Virus record (IMG/VR): IMGVR_UViG_3300037171_000150
Span: 1,612-65,611 of that record
Source: a virus
Taxonomy: Duplodnaviria > Caudoviricetes
Strand: one strand, 5' to 3'
Length of the DNA stretch: 64,000 nt
Below, in pieces: positions 17,729 to 29,500 of the stretch. Position 1 is the first letter of the stretch. The number at the start of each line of letters is the position of its first letter. The notes under the pieces are model-generated. The model was not told the DNA's origin. It saw only the letters and a program-made list of their open reading frames with translations, and ran no database searches. Both the position numbers and the translations under genes were made by a program.

Positions 17729-17759
17729 ACTGCTTTCCTTTCTGATTTTTCATCTTAAC

Positions 17760-17831
17760 AATTGCAAGCGTAGTCTACCAAAGCGCCGTTGTCAACCCCC
17801 GCTTGCAATTATTTTCAAGGTTCCTTATACT
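17760..17831. promoter_or_regulatory. Divergent promoter pair with two inverted CGCTTGCAA elements
   Basis: + strand TTGCAA(17803)-N17-TATACT(17826); - strand TTGACA(17795)-N17-TACGCT(17772). Confidence 0.75.
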
Positions 17832-17837
17832 GAACCC

Positions 17838-18068
17838 ATGGCGAAGAAGAAACCATTGACGAGAAGGCACCTCAAGCCGGGGGCAAAAGAGAAGCTGACG
17901 AAGGATATGCCCGACTTCTACGCCAAACTGGGCAGCCGCGGTGGCGACAACACACTCAGGAACAACGGCCCGCTCTTCTTCAGCCGCATCGCCCACTTGG
18001 CCCACCAGAAGCGCCGCGAGAATGCCGCCGCCCGCGAACTGGAGAACGATGCCAGATCCGCCCGTTGA
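17838..18068 (+). CDS. Small basic KGG-like repeat protein
   Basis: 'FYAKLGSRGG...FFSRIA' resembles KGG stress-induced repeats; ATG 6 nt after the -10 (leaderless). Confidence 0.6.
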   Translation: MAKKKPLTRRHLKPGAKEKLTKDMPDFYAKLGSRGGDNTLRNNGPLFFSRIAHLAHQKRRENAAARELENDARSAR

Positions 18069-18852
18069 GTCTATCTCCCTCGCTGATCTAGCGAAGGAAC
18101 TCGGCGCGAAGGCTGACCGTCTCCCCCCGCTCGTCATCGAAGGATACCTCCACCTGGTTAAGTCCGGATGCTACGCGGAGGACACTTTTGTCGAGAGGCC
18201 GGCGGCCGGCGCAAGGGAATGGCTTCGCACCATGTTCGCGCCGCTCAAGCAGCGCCCCATGCTGCCCATCAAGGATGTGGCTAGATTTCTCGAGATGGGC
18301 CTGCTGGAACTGCGGCGCTGGTGCTTGCACTTCAACATCCCGATCTATATGGATACCGCCTTCGGGGAGCTGCTCTCGCTCAAGAGCTTCTACAGCCTGC
18401 AGAATGGGTTCTTCGATATCCGAAATCCGCTGCGCACTGACCGCCAAGCGCTGCTTGTCCTCTTCTCCTTTGTCAAGCGGATTGGCCGGCATGAGCGGGT
18501 CCAACTAAGGAGATATGATCACCGGCTCGAAGAGGAACTCAAGCGCATTGTCGCCCTGCCGGAGCCGCAGAGGACAATCCAGGCTACATTGTTTTGGTCA
18601 AATTATCGGGATGCTAAGACGATAGCCGAGTGTATTTTCCATACGAAAAGAATTCCGTCTCACAGAATGAAAGAATTCGACAGAAAAGCAAAGGTTATCG
18701 ATGCTTCTCTGAATAAGAAGAAGATGCGGAGGAAGAGTTGGAATCTTAGATCGCATTACCTCAAGGTTCCGAGGGGAGGTCATCCGCTTCCGCCTGTTAT
18801 CGAGACGGAGAACGGCGAACAGGAGCACGACGCTTCGGCTTCCGCGTCTTGA
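18049..18852 (+). CDS. Hypothetical protein with HTH-like motif (possible regulator)
   Basis: GGAG RBS; 'IKDVARFLEMGLLELRRWC' HTH pattern. Confidence 0.6.
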   Translation: MPDPPVESISLADLAKELGAKADRLPPLVIEGYLHLVKSGCYAEDTFVERPAAGAREWLRTMFAPLKQRPMLPIKDVARFLEMGLLELRRWCLHFNIPIYMDTAFGELLSLKSFYSLQNGFFDIRNPLRTDRQALLVLFSFVKRIGRHERVQLRRYDHRLEEELKRIVALPEPQRTIQATLFWSNYRDAKTIAECIFHTKRIPSHRMKEFDRKAKVIDASLNKKKMRRKSWNLRSHYLKVPRGGHPLPPVIETENGEQEHDASASAS

Positions 18853-18901
18853 CCGTGCGCCCGTTGACTCGTTTGTAGGTCCAGCGATTTTTGCCGCGCA
18901 T
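18797..18901 (-). CDS. Putative leaderless basic peptide (34 aa)
   Basis: MRGKNRWTYKRVNGRTVKTRKPKRRAPVRRSPSR; ATG 6 nt after TTGCAA-N17-TAGATT. Confidence 0.4.
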   Translation of the reverse strand: MRGKNRWTYKRVNGRTVKTRKPKRRAPVRRSPSR

Positions 18902-18935
18902 AGATTCAATCTACTCCTAAGAATCATCGCTTGCA

Positions 18936-18972
18936 ACAAAAAAGGTCCGGCTGGTTGGCCGAACCTTTTTGT
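18936..18972. terminator. Bidirectional intrinsic terminator
   Basis: AAAAAAGGTCCGGC-loop-GCCGAACCTTTTT between convergent genes. Confidence 0.8.
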
Positions 18973-19029
18973 CGTCCTTGGAGGTTTTTTGGTTCTCTGT
19001 CCATGAAAGCAGTGTACTCCATTCCCCTA

Positions 19030-19302
19030 TTATTTTGGGTGAACAACTTCGGAAATCATCTTCGGAAGACCAACGGAAATTGATACATCGGTAAGGTCAC
19101 GACCCACGATCGATCCGTATTGAACTTCCCCCGCCAGTACGAACATTGTGTTCAGGTGATGGATGATTAGGTTGGGGGTTGGAATGTCCGCATGAATTAC
19201 TTGCGCGGGCATCAGTCGTGAAGTAATTGCGCTAAGTTGGGTTGGTGTTACTTCGACGATTTTCATTGTTATCTCCTTTTTACTTTTTGATTTTTCGCCC
19301 AT
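19030..19302 (-). CDS. Hypothetical protein
   Basis: ORF; alternative internal start with AAGGAG RBS. Confidence 0.5.
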   Translation of the reverse strand: MGEKSKSKKEITMKIVEVTPTQLSAITSRLMPAQVIHADIPTPNLIIHHLNTMFVLAGEVQYGSIVGRDLTDVSISVGLPKMISEVVHPK

Positions 19303-19308
19303 CTTCCA

Positions 19309-19872
19309 TTACTCAACCCTCGCCACCTGAAAAATATCTCCCACGCTCGTTCTCTCATACGTATCTTTGGAAATGTAAAGTTTGTTTCCAATATGGTTGT
19401 GGTCAACCTCGACCCAATACTCAGATACAACCTCCCCTTTGTTTTTCTGAGTCTCGCTTCTCCCTATGCCAATAACCTTATGCTCTGAAAGCAGTTTAAT
19501 CTTCATAGTGCGATCTCCTTTTTTACCGATCAACCTTTGGGTAGTAGTTTCTAACCGACCCCATGTATCCTGCGATATTTTTCCGGGGCGAGAAACTACT
19601 CCGTTTGTTTTTAGGCTATCATTCTTTTCCCTTTGGGCTGGTTTAACATCTTCGAGGGAGCACGCAAAACTATGCGTACCAGTTTTAACGCGCACTCCAA
19701 TCTCAAGTTCATATGGGGCAGAAAGACCAACAAAGAAACCGTTAAAATCTCCAGTGCGCTGTTTGCCGTCTTTCTCGAAGGACACTTTTCCGCAGCTCAA
19801 TATATCTGCCATGCGTCGCAGATCGCATGGAGTCTTCTCCTCGAAACCTTCCCAATTCGGATTGTTTTCCAT
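19309..19872 (-). CDS. Hypothetical protein (possibly two fused small genes)
   Basis: Internal AAGGAG + ATG (MKIKLL) in frame. Confidence 0.5.
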   Translation of the reverse strand: MENNPNWEGFEEKTPCDLRRMADILSCGKVSFEKDGKQRTGDFNGFFVGLSAPYELEIGVRVKTGTHSFACSLEDVKPAQREKNDSLKTNGVVSRPGKISQDTWGRLETTTQRLIGKKGDRTMKIKLLSEHKVIGIGRSETQKNKGEVVSEYWVEVDHNHIGNKLYISKDTYERTSVGDIFQVARVE

Positions 19873-20126
19873 TATAGATTTGCCTCGCTTTCTAGGAACC
19901 TATCTTCCGACTGTTTAATATTTTCCACTTCTTCGGGATGCCGTCGGCACACGGAAAGAGCTTGATCCCATGCGTCAACCTCGTTCCCGTGTAAATTAGA
20001 AAGGTTTACATTTCCCCTACCAGCGTACTCAAAAGCTACGATCTGGAATTGAGATGATCCCCTTGGAATGCAATCGACCGTTCCTGCCAGGTCTCGGCAA
20101 GCCGCTTTAGAGCTAAGGTTTTCCAT
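19872..20126 (-). CDS. Hypothetical protein
   Basis: AAGGA RBS; low-GC accessory block. Confidence 0.5.
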   Translation of the reverse strand: MENLSSKAACRDLAGTVDCIPRGSSQFQIVAFEYAGRGNVNLSNLHGNEVDAWDQALSVCRRHPEEVENIKQSEDRFLESEANL

Positions 20127-20141
20127 GCGTTATCCTTTTCT

Positions 20142-20528
20142 CTACTTGATTCCTGCGCCCATCTTCCATTCTTTCCAGAACGTAGACTCGCTCATCCATC
20201 GAACGACCGTGGTGGCGTCTACGGCGAATGCTTTCCCCACCTCGCCCACGATGGAGCACATTATGACGCCAACGGATTCGCTATAGCGTTCGTTCGCGGT
20301 CATCCTTTCGTCGTAGTGAATCCGCACGACACAATCGCCACGCCCTTCGTTTTCGTTGTGCATTGAAAGCGGGGTGTTTACTGATTCAGACCCAGGAACG
20401 ACTTCCGCAAACTGAGGGAAGTTGGCTCTCAGGTATTGAGAAAACTGCGAAGAGATGCTCCCGGACTGCCGGGCTTTCTCGTACATCTTCAGGCAGGAAT
20501 CCTTGACGTAAATGGTCTTGTTCGGCAT
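20142..20528 (-). CDS. Hypothetical protein (N-terminal MPNKTIYVKD RHH/antitoxin-like motif)
   Basis: GAGG RBS; follows a near-consensus promoter. Confidence 0.55.
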   Translation of the reverse strand: MPNKTIYVKDSCLKMYEKARQSGSISSQFSQYLRANFPQFAEVVPGSESVNTPLSMHNENEGRGDCVVRIHYDERMTANERYSESVGVIMCSIVGEVGKAFAVDATTVVRWMSESTFWKEWKMGAGIK

Positions 20529-20552
20529 GAACAACCTCTATGCACAACTACA

Positions 20553-20581
20553 ACTATACGCATACTGCGGTGGCGTGTCAA
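20553..20581 (-). promoter_or_regulatory. sigma70-like promoter TTGACA-N17-TATAGT
   Basis: Near-consensus, immediately after the stop of the giant gene. Confidence 0.75.
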
Positions 20582-23500
20582 CTAGAACCGGCTGGTCGTC
20601 TTGTGCCGCCGTCCGTGGTGCGACGGTTCAACCTTCTTCGGAGCCATGCCGGGGAGCAGGTTGGTGCCGACGACCTCTTCGGCGAGCAGGCGCTTGATGA
20701 TGTTTTTACGCCGATCATCAACACTCAGTTTGTGCTTGCCGGTGTCGGCGGTCGTGTTCACCATATCCTCAGTGGCCGTGGAGAATGCCTCCATATCCTG
20801 ACCGGGGATGCCCATGACCTGCGCGGCTACGTCTTTCGTCAAGCCATGCCGCCCTGCCAGTTTCGCGTGATCTTTGGCGTTGTGGGTAGCCATCGCCTGA
20901 AACAAGCTCGACGGGCCTTGCAGACCGATCGCCATGGTGTAGTTCGCCATCGCCCACCAGAGAGCCTCGGACGAGGCGGGGTGCGCCGCCAGCCATTCGT
21001 TCCTCCGTTTCTCGATCTCCGCTTCCGGCGATCCAACCAAGCGATGACGCTGGTAGATCAACTGGTTGAGCGCGAATCCGGCCAGGCCGGCATTGAACGC
21101 GAAGCGTAGCAGTTGCTTATAAGTGTCTGAACTCTTGAAGCCCTCTTCTTTCATCTCATCAAACACCCGGTCTCCAACTTGATTCGCCGTCTTAATCATG
21201 TACTGATGCAGCATCTGAGTGCAGCGGAATAGCGTGTTGAGGTGAATCATTGTAGGCGAAGCGTTCTTGTCTGGGCGGAAGATAGGCGGAAGCTCCGAAG
21301 CATATCCGCCGCCGACGATGTTGTTGGCGAGTCCAAGTTCCATGCGACGCACATCGTCTGGCCCGTAGCCGTTCTTGATGATGTTGTCGAGGTGCTCGTC
21401 AGAGAACCCCCACAGGTTTCTCAATTTCCTTCTGAGCGCGGTGTTGGTTGGATCTTTGACAAGCTCTGGATACGCGTATCTCTCGAAGAACGCGCGCCCT
21501 GTCGCGGCAAGAAAGATGCGCGACATTTGAACCTCGAAGTTAAACCCATTGAAGCGCAAGAATTTATTACCAATACTCTCCCTCTTGAGCCCGATCTCTC
21601 GCATATAAGCGCTCTGCGTGTAGTCGAGTAGGGCGTTGCAATCCATCGCCCGCTGTACCAGTTCTTTCGGGTGTGTCATTCCACGCATAAGCCCAAAGAA
21701 GAGGCTCCTCGTGTTGGCGTCGGCTGTTGCTCTCCATATATGGGTTCCTACTTTAATAGGACTCCACAACATCTTGCCAGTAATGACGATCGTGGAAGTC
21801 GTGCCGAGAACTTCCTTGTCCACCTCTGGAAGATGCACGGGGTCCATATCGCTCGTAAGGATGTGGTCGATAATAGACGCATCTCCATGAGAGAGTTTAT
21901 TAAGAAGCGGTTCCGTCTTTTCGCGGAACTGGCCATGGACCTCGGTAGAAGCCAAAACAGATGATACTTGGTCAATGTAGCGTTCAATCGACCTCCGACC
22001 ACGTTCATACAATGGAATATCAAACTCGCGCGCCCGCTCCGCATTTCCTTGTAGGCGAATGCCGCGGTCATTCTTATCGAAGAACGCTTGCGCCTTGTTC
22101 CTGGAAATGCCGTGCTCATCTGCAAACCTATCAACCAGTTTTTCCCGCTTAATATCAGCGGGGTCCATGTCCATTATTTCTCCGAGAGTATGGCGCTCAA
22201 CCTTTCCTGTCTCCGCATTGATGCTCTTATACTCTTTGTTCCAATCGTAAATCCGATGAAAGTAATACGGGTCGTCCTCGATGGCAGAGTATGGCCTATG
22301 CTTCTGCATCCCATCTTCAAAATACACAACGACGCTCCCGACACTAGCGAACGTGCGGCGAATGTCTCTCATAAGGTTGCGATACTCGAAAGCGGCATTG
22401 ACGATGCGTTCTGGTATATCTGGCACCACTTTCAACATCTTGGCATCGTACACATACCCCGGCAGCGCTCGGTTCTCCACGACCCGCGACATGGTTTCGA
22501 TGTCTTTTTCGCTCAGTTTGTGGCCTTCTATGATCCCATGGAAAGCGGTCTGTAAACGTCCCTGATACCCTCCCTTCGTGAGAATCCAATCCGTCCGACG
22601 CCGCCGCATTTCCTGGCCGTCTTCTTTCAAACCAGCGCGCCGGTAAACTTTCTCGATCACCCTATACCCGGAGGTGAAAACTGACCATCCGAGTTCTTGC
22701 GCAGCTTTTGCTTTTCTCTGTATGCTCTTTTTTCCATGATAAAGCGCATCTGAGTTGTCCATGAACAAACGGATGTCATTTGCCATATCCCGCGTCTTGC
22801 GAGTAGCCGCGTTCTCCGCCGACTCTCCAGACCCCATCGCGGCCCGGCCCGCCTCTTCCGCTTCCAGGCGAATGACGCCCTTGTTGGCGGTGACGGCGCG
22901 CGCCTCCGGCGCCGACAGTTTTTTGAGTTCACCAAAGAGTCCATCCCACGCGGCGCTGCCCAGGCGCTCGAAGGGATCTTCGTCCTTCGGGCCTTGGTAG
23001 AGTTTTTCGCCTTTCCCCTTATACTTCATGCCTTTGTTCTTGGCTTTGGCCGCGCTGGGAATCTCGACATCATCAATATGTGTGTAGCTGACTCCTTTGC
23101 CATCCTGCTCGAAGTCCGCGGCGTCCGGCTTCTCTTCGTCCTGCATAAAATCTCTCACTTCGGCAGGAATTCCAGCGGCGTCACGAAACGCCTTAGACAC
23201 ATCCGATTCATACTTCTCGCCATAGACCGCCGCCTTCAAAGAGCGCATCCTGGGAAGAGTCTTTGTCGCCAGCGTTTTCATCTCGGGAAGCGAGTCTGAT
23301 GTGAAGAAATACATGGCCACATTCGACTTCGATCCGTAGCGCCACGGTCTAGCTGTGCCTTGCTCCAGCATCACTGGAGACCACGGTACGTCGATAAATA
23401 ACGCCGCGCGAGGTTTGGTGCCTATTTTGTCTTGAGCGTTAGCCCCAATGGAACCAGCGGCAAAGCTCATATACATCGCATCTTTTTCACCAGCCTGAAA

Positions 23501-26500
23501 AGCCTTCAGTTCACCTGCTCGAACCGCATTATGAGGACCGGCAAAGATAGCGATCTTGTCCCCAAAAGCCTCTCTCATCTTCTCTACCACGTTTGGCAGA
23601 GGCGGCAGCATCTTGTTGATCTCCGCGCCCAGGCCGGCTGGCAATTCGTTAAAGAATTCCATCCCCTCCTCAGCCGGCGAGCGGTACTCGGTGAACATGA
23701 TAGGCGACCACCCTTTTTCGGACAGATCCTTTGCCAATTTGATGACGTTCGGAAGCCTTGCCGCTGTCAAGTATCGCTTCAGATAGATCACCTCATGCCC
23801 CTTGACAGGGGTAATGTATTTACTCATTCCCGCCTTCTGGAATGCGGCCCCCGCTTTGGCGAACGCGGCACGAATACTGCGCACTCCAGCGCGAACTTCT
23901 TCCGTCTGAGGAACGAGCGCTACGCGCGCCTCAACTCCAGTCATATCCTTATATAGCGTCTGCCACTGGCCGCGTTCGATAAGTTGCTGGCGCAATTTGG
24001 CTAGTTGCTCTGGCGTGGATCGGCTGCTGTATTCGTTTGGTCCGCTCTCGACCAATCCGAATTGCTTTGCCCATTGAGGGAATCCTCCTTTTGGCCACAA
24101 ACCTAGTTTGTGCATATAGCCGATCTGCATGATCTTGGAGTATGGCGTGGCACTGGAGTAGACAACCTTCTTGGCGACATGGCCGAGAAGCGTTACAGCT
24201 TTCCCTTGCTCTGCTTCTTCCCAATTACTCGCCTCTGCGCTCTCGTCAAACAAGACGAAATCCCACGGTACGGATAGAACATCTTTGTCGCCCCTTATCG
24301 ACGTATATGTTGTGGCGTACATACCCGTCTGCAGTTGCGACATATCGGATGGGAGATTATCCACATCAATTCCGAACTTGCGGGCTACGTCCATGTAGCC
24401 GTCATCATCCTCAATCAAGTTGCGACTTTTGGTTACAAGCAAACCGACCTTTTCGCCGCCATCTCCGAGAAGATGATGAGCTATGGCTGACAGAAGCCAT
24501 GTCTTTCCTGCCCCGGCTGGAGCGGCGAGGATTGTTGCGTCCTGATGTTGAAGAGCCGAGAGGGAGCCTTCGGCGGCCTCTGCCTGCCCTGGATAGATCA
24601 TCATCTCGCGCACATCAGGGTCCAGCCGAACTGTAGGCGGCGGTGTTCCCTCCGGTAAGCCGAGAGCTTCTACGTGGCCGCGCCATACGTCAGGGTCTAC
24701 CACAGGTGTCCCGCGAGGCTTCTTGGGAGCTTGAAGGCTTGCCGCCGGTACATCGCAAAGAGGATTCTTACTCGGCTCCGCTATCTTTCCTGTTTTTGTC
24801 TTTCTCGGAGAACTCTCCCCAAGCGAAACCGCCGTCGGATCACCGCGTACCTGCTGCACGGTCACAGCCTGCGCCGGGGTCGTCGGCTCATCTAGCCGCG
24901 GCATCTCGCTGACGCCGTGAACAAGTTGGATGATGCTGGTATCCTTCGGCTCCGGCTTCCCGGCCCCAATAATACTGGTGGAGCCGCGCAGTTTATCTTC
25001 GATATTGTTCAACTGGCCGCGCAGTAACGCTCGACGTTCAGGGTTATTCTCCCGCTTCAAATCATCTTCAATCGACCTGGCCTTGCGTGCCAACTCGATC
25101 GTTTCGTTCAACCCAGGTTGACGCAACTTCATTGATAAGCTACCAACCCTTATGTATGTAGTCTCCTCTCCTTTAACTTTTAACATCTCATAATATCCAA
25201 TCTTTTTTGCATTTCTCTTGAGAAACGCCTTGGCGAGTTTTTCGTCAGTGAAAACCACATCCTGCGTCTTGCCGGACACGGGTCTGGCTGACTTCTCGAT
25301 CACCTTCGCTTCTTTAGGAATTTCTACCTTGTCGGCGAACTCGGCAATAGCATCAATATCCACTCTCTTTATAAATGGTTTGCGCTCAGCCGTACTCCAA
25401 TCATGCCATTCATCAAACATGGCATCAAGTTCTTTGTTCCCCGGACCATTCGCAAACGTGCGAACTGAATTATAAATGGACTGCATCGCCCGGCTTATAT
25501 GGGCAAACACGCCCTCCATTTTCTTCGTACCCTCCGCGTTGCCGCGCTTGATTCCTCCGTCGTGATAGTAGTGAACAAACGCATCCGCGAATCTCTCTTC
25601 CTGCTCAGGTGACCACTCTCTTCCCTCTCCCGGAACAAAACCAACAAACTTGTTGGCGATGGCCTGGTATTCCGGTTTCATGAACCGGCGGATATTATGC
25701 GCCATCTCGTGAAGATAAGTTGAAGAGTCTGCTGTGTCGCACAAGTGAATCATCGCTTGCGCTTCGTTGAGCATCATAAAATATCCGCCGCTCTTTGGAG
25801 CTTCGGGATCTTCGCCGCCGAATACATAGGTTAATCTGCGGTTGCCGAGAATATCCTCCATGGATTCACCCAACGCCGTCGGGAGAATATGCTCGAACAT
25901 CTGCGTGATCTTCTCGGTAGTTTCGATGTCCTTATTGAGTTCTGGATGTGCTGCCAGCGCCTTGCGTAATTCCCTCACTGACCGCGGGCCTTCCGGCAGC
26001 GCCTCGACCACGCTCGACGAGTCCGGCTGTACATCGGCAATCACCGTCTCCGCGTGAACTTCTGCCTCAACCGGCAGCGGGCCGCGCGCATCTTCGATCG
26101 CCGCCTTGACCGCTTCGGGCATCGGCGCAACCGCGCCCCACTCTTCGGGGATGACGCGCAGTGGGTTACCTTCGCCGTTCTTGAACTTTCCAGCGATCTC
26201 AGCATTAAACACGTCTGCCGGGTGTTCGGCACCAAACATAGACGGCTTTGTCCTATCGGCGTACTTCGCCAGCATCAACGCATATTCGCGCGGCGTCTGC
26301 TCAAGAGCCATCGCCATAGCGGTAACCGCGTCTGTCTCTGGGTGGCCTAAAGATTGACCGTCCGCAAAAGAGAATGAGTCGAGACTAAGATCGCCCTGTT
26401 CTGCATTCAGACCGTTCTTATCCTCATAATTTCCAGTGTAGAGATACTTCTCAATCAGCGAAGAACTCCCTGCGCCTTTTGACGTTGCCTCCGAGGTTCC

Positions 26501-29500
26501 TCTAAGGCGGGACAGGCGATAGGACATTGCATCGGCTTTGGTATACAGCCGCACAGCGTCTGTGTTGTAAGACGCAAGATTCCAGTTTTCCCCGGCGCTC
26601 TTCGCTTTAACAAAGAACACTCCAGCCCTTGCTAACTTATTCTTCACGTCAGCGGGCGCGTCGGTGAGAACCTGCGGGTCAGTGACCGTCAACCCGATCA
26701 ACATATTCTCTATCAAGTCTTTGGTTTTAGGTGTTAGATCCCCTTTACTCTCTCCATTTTGGACGATATATTCTGTCCGCTTGTTGGGCGCGATTATTCC
26801 TGCGTCCACTAGCAACTGAACAATATCAGAGGAGCGGGTTCGCATTGCTGTGCGCAACGAAATAGGATGTTCTCTTCCCTGCTTGTCTGTTTCGATGTGC
26901 GGCAACGACGAGAAAATGTTGTCGAGGCGGTCGAGATACTCTGGCGTGAGCAGCCTGGACATTGCCACGCCCTCTTCTTCCGCGCTCGATCCTTTCATTG
27001 GATCACGGTTTGAGTCTTCGCCGAGCCTTGTCCACTCGATCTCGCTGGTAACAGGCTCATCCAAAAGCCTGTAAACGTCGTATGGTTCGCCTCCAAACTC
27101 TACATTCCCCGCGGCGTCCGAGAGGCCAAATCTGTCAATGCGCGTAGACCGGAAGTTCATCAACTTCTCATGCGCATCCGAATGAAGCAATCTTGCCCTC
27201 TGCCGAATCATCTCCCGGCCATTGCCGCCGACAACTTCAAGGACTGTCGCGCTTCCATCTGCATCCGGACGCCACGCAACCACAGGCGGACCGTCCATCG
27301 TAAGAGGAGTATCCGAGTATAGAATCCTGCCATCGGGGTTGGCACCGTTGACAGTCACGTCTGCCTGCGCCGATTTATCGGTGTCGTAATGGCGCTTCTG
27401 GACCTTCTGGTCGTATCCTTCGGTTGGTTCAAAAGTGACAGGGTGGTGAGAGGTGCGCACAGCCTTCGAGGGAAGCAGGACGTAATGAGCCTTGAGGCCT
27501 TCTGGATGATTTGGGGTAACAATCTCCGTCACGCCGCCAAGAACAATCTTCGGACGAGGCCGACCATGAGGCGGTGGCGGAGCCGGATTTTGAACCGACT
27601 CCGCGCCCGCCACAACGGCTTCCGCCTTTTGTCGGACGAAATCCGCCGTCTGCCGTGCGGCATCAGCCGCGGCCGCTTGACCTTGCATACGCAGGTCGTC
27701 TGCGGCTTGTTGCAGCTCGCTGGATTGAATGGAGAGTCGCGCCACCTGCTCGATTGCGGCGGGCCGCGCCTCTTCCGCGTTCTCCCTGAAACTGGCCGCA
27801 GTCCGCTCTGCCAGTTCCGTCGCGATGTGCGCCTGCGCCGCGGCGCGCACCTGGCGCATCCGAACCAGAAACTCATTGACCGCCGGCGTCCGCGTCCGTT
27901 CCGGCAATGCCTTCACATCTTTTTCGATCCTGAAAAGGTCTGCTGGTGAATGGACTTCCCCGAGGCCCATCTTCGACGCCTGCTCCGAAAGTCCCTTGCT
28001 AACTCGGCTCACCTCATCCAGCGACGGCGAGCGCCCGGTGTCCGAAGCCGTGATTGCCGACGCAAGTTCGCTGTGATGGCTGTCACGCTCCTCTGTGACC
28101 ATGCGCGCGGCCAGGTCTTCGTCCATCAACCGGCGAATCGAATCGCGCTGGTCCATGCGTAGACTGGCGCGCTGCCGCATCAAGCCCGCCGCGTCCATAT
28201 TTGCGATGTCGATGTGTTGGCCGGTACGCATCCGCTCGGTCAGGTCCACCGTTATAAACGAGTGAATCTTTTCCGGCTTCGTGCGCAGGTAGTCAGCCAG
28301 CGCCGGCGCGCGCATCTCGGCGGGGAGAGCGTCGAAAGATTTCCCGATGAATCGCTCGGTGTGCTCATTGAGGTCGCGGCTGGTTTCAGGGTCCGCCTTG
28401 AGCACGGAATCGATGTTGCTGCGGTTGAGGATGAGCTTGGCCGCGCCGGAGAAATCGTCCGCGCCCGGTGCCAGCGGCTGCTCGTCGCCCGTGGCATTGC
28501 GCTCCAGGTACTGCTTGACCGCGGCGTCGGCCATGTCCGCGTGCTTCACATCGGAAACGTGGCGCTCGTAGGCCGGGGTTCCTTTGAAGGCTTCCCATTG
28601 CTCGGGGTGATTCTTCTCCAGCCACGCGGCGGCGAGCTTCTGGCGATCGACAGGCAGCGAGGTGAAGGATTGGCCGAACTGCGCCTCTGTGCGCTCCTGG
28701 ACGGCGCGCTCGGCGGCCGTGGTCTTGGCCTTGACTTCCGGTGTCGGCTCCCCGGAGGCTTTCGCTATCAAAGTCTTTCCGAGCTTGTTCCATTCCCTAT
28801 TACGTTCCTGCCAATCCGTGGGCATGAAATCTACAACTTCTTGATGTATTCTGGCTGTGCCCCAGTCAGGGTTACGACGGGCCACATTGCCATAAATTCT
28901 CTGATACCGAGCATCATCCTTGGGATCAGTTAGTTCTTCTGGCGTGGGCTCTCCGGCAGCGGCGCGGCGGTCGACGACCGGGATGGCTGGTTCTGTTGGT
29001 ACAGGTTCGTCTCTCTGCTCCGGTCCCGCCTCGCGCTCTGAGGTTTTTACGGTGGTTCGGCGTTCGAGGAGTTCCGGGTCTTCGCGATTCACTTCGACGT
29101 GAACCCCACCCTGCTCCTCGGCTGACGGAATGGTGTCGGCTTGGCGAGACTGCTCTTGCGCATCGGCGGCTTGCCGCGCGGCGTGCTCGCGCTGGGATGC
29201 GCCCTGTTTGAAGGCTTCGGAGCTTATGCCGCGCTCGATGATTTGGTTCAAAACTGTCTTAGCTGCCTGGAGTCGCGTATTTCTGTCAACGACAGACTTC
29301 ACCGCTTCATCTGCGAACGTCTTTGAGGCTCCGGCCTTTTTGCGCGCCTTTTGAATCTTACTAACTTCTCGATTTACTGTTTGCTTGAAATCGAGATCTA
29401 TGCACTCGGCTGCATCATAAAGGACAGCGGCTTTCTCGTGAGGTTTAAGTTTGGTAAACTTTTTCCCATAAAGATCAGAGGCACTTTTATTCAAATCCTC

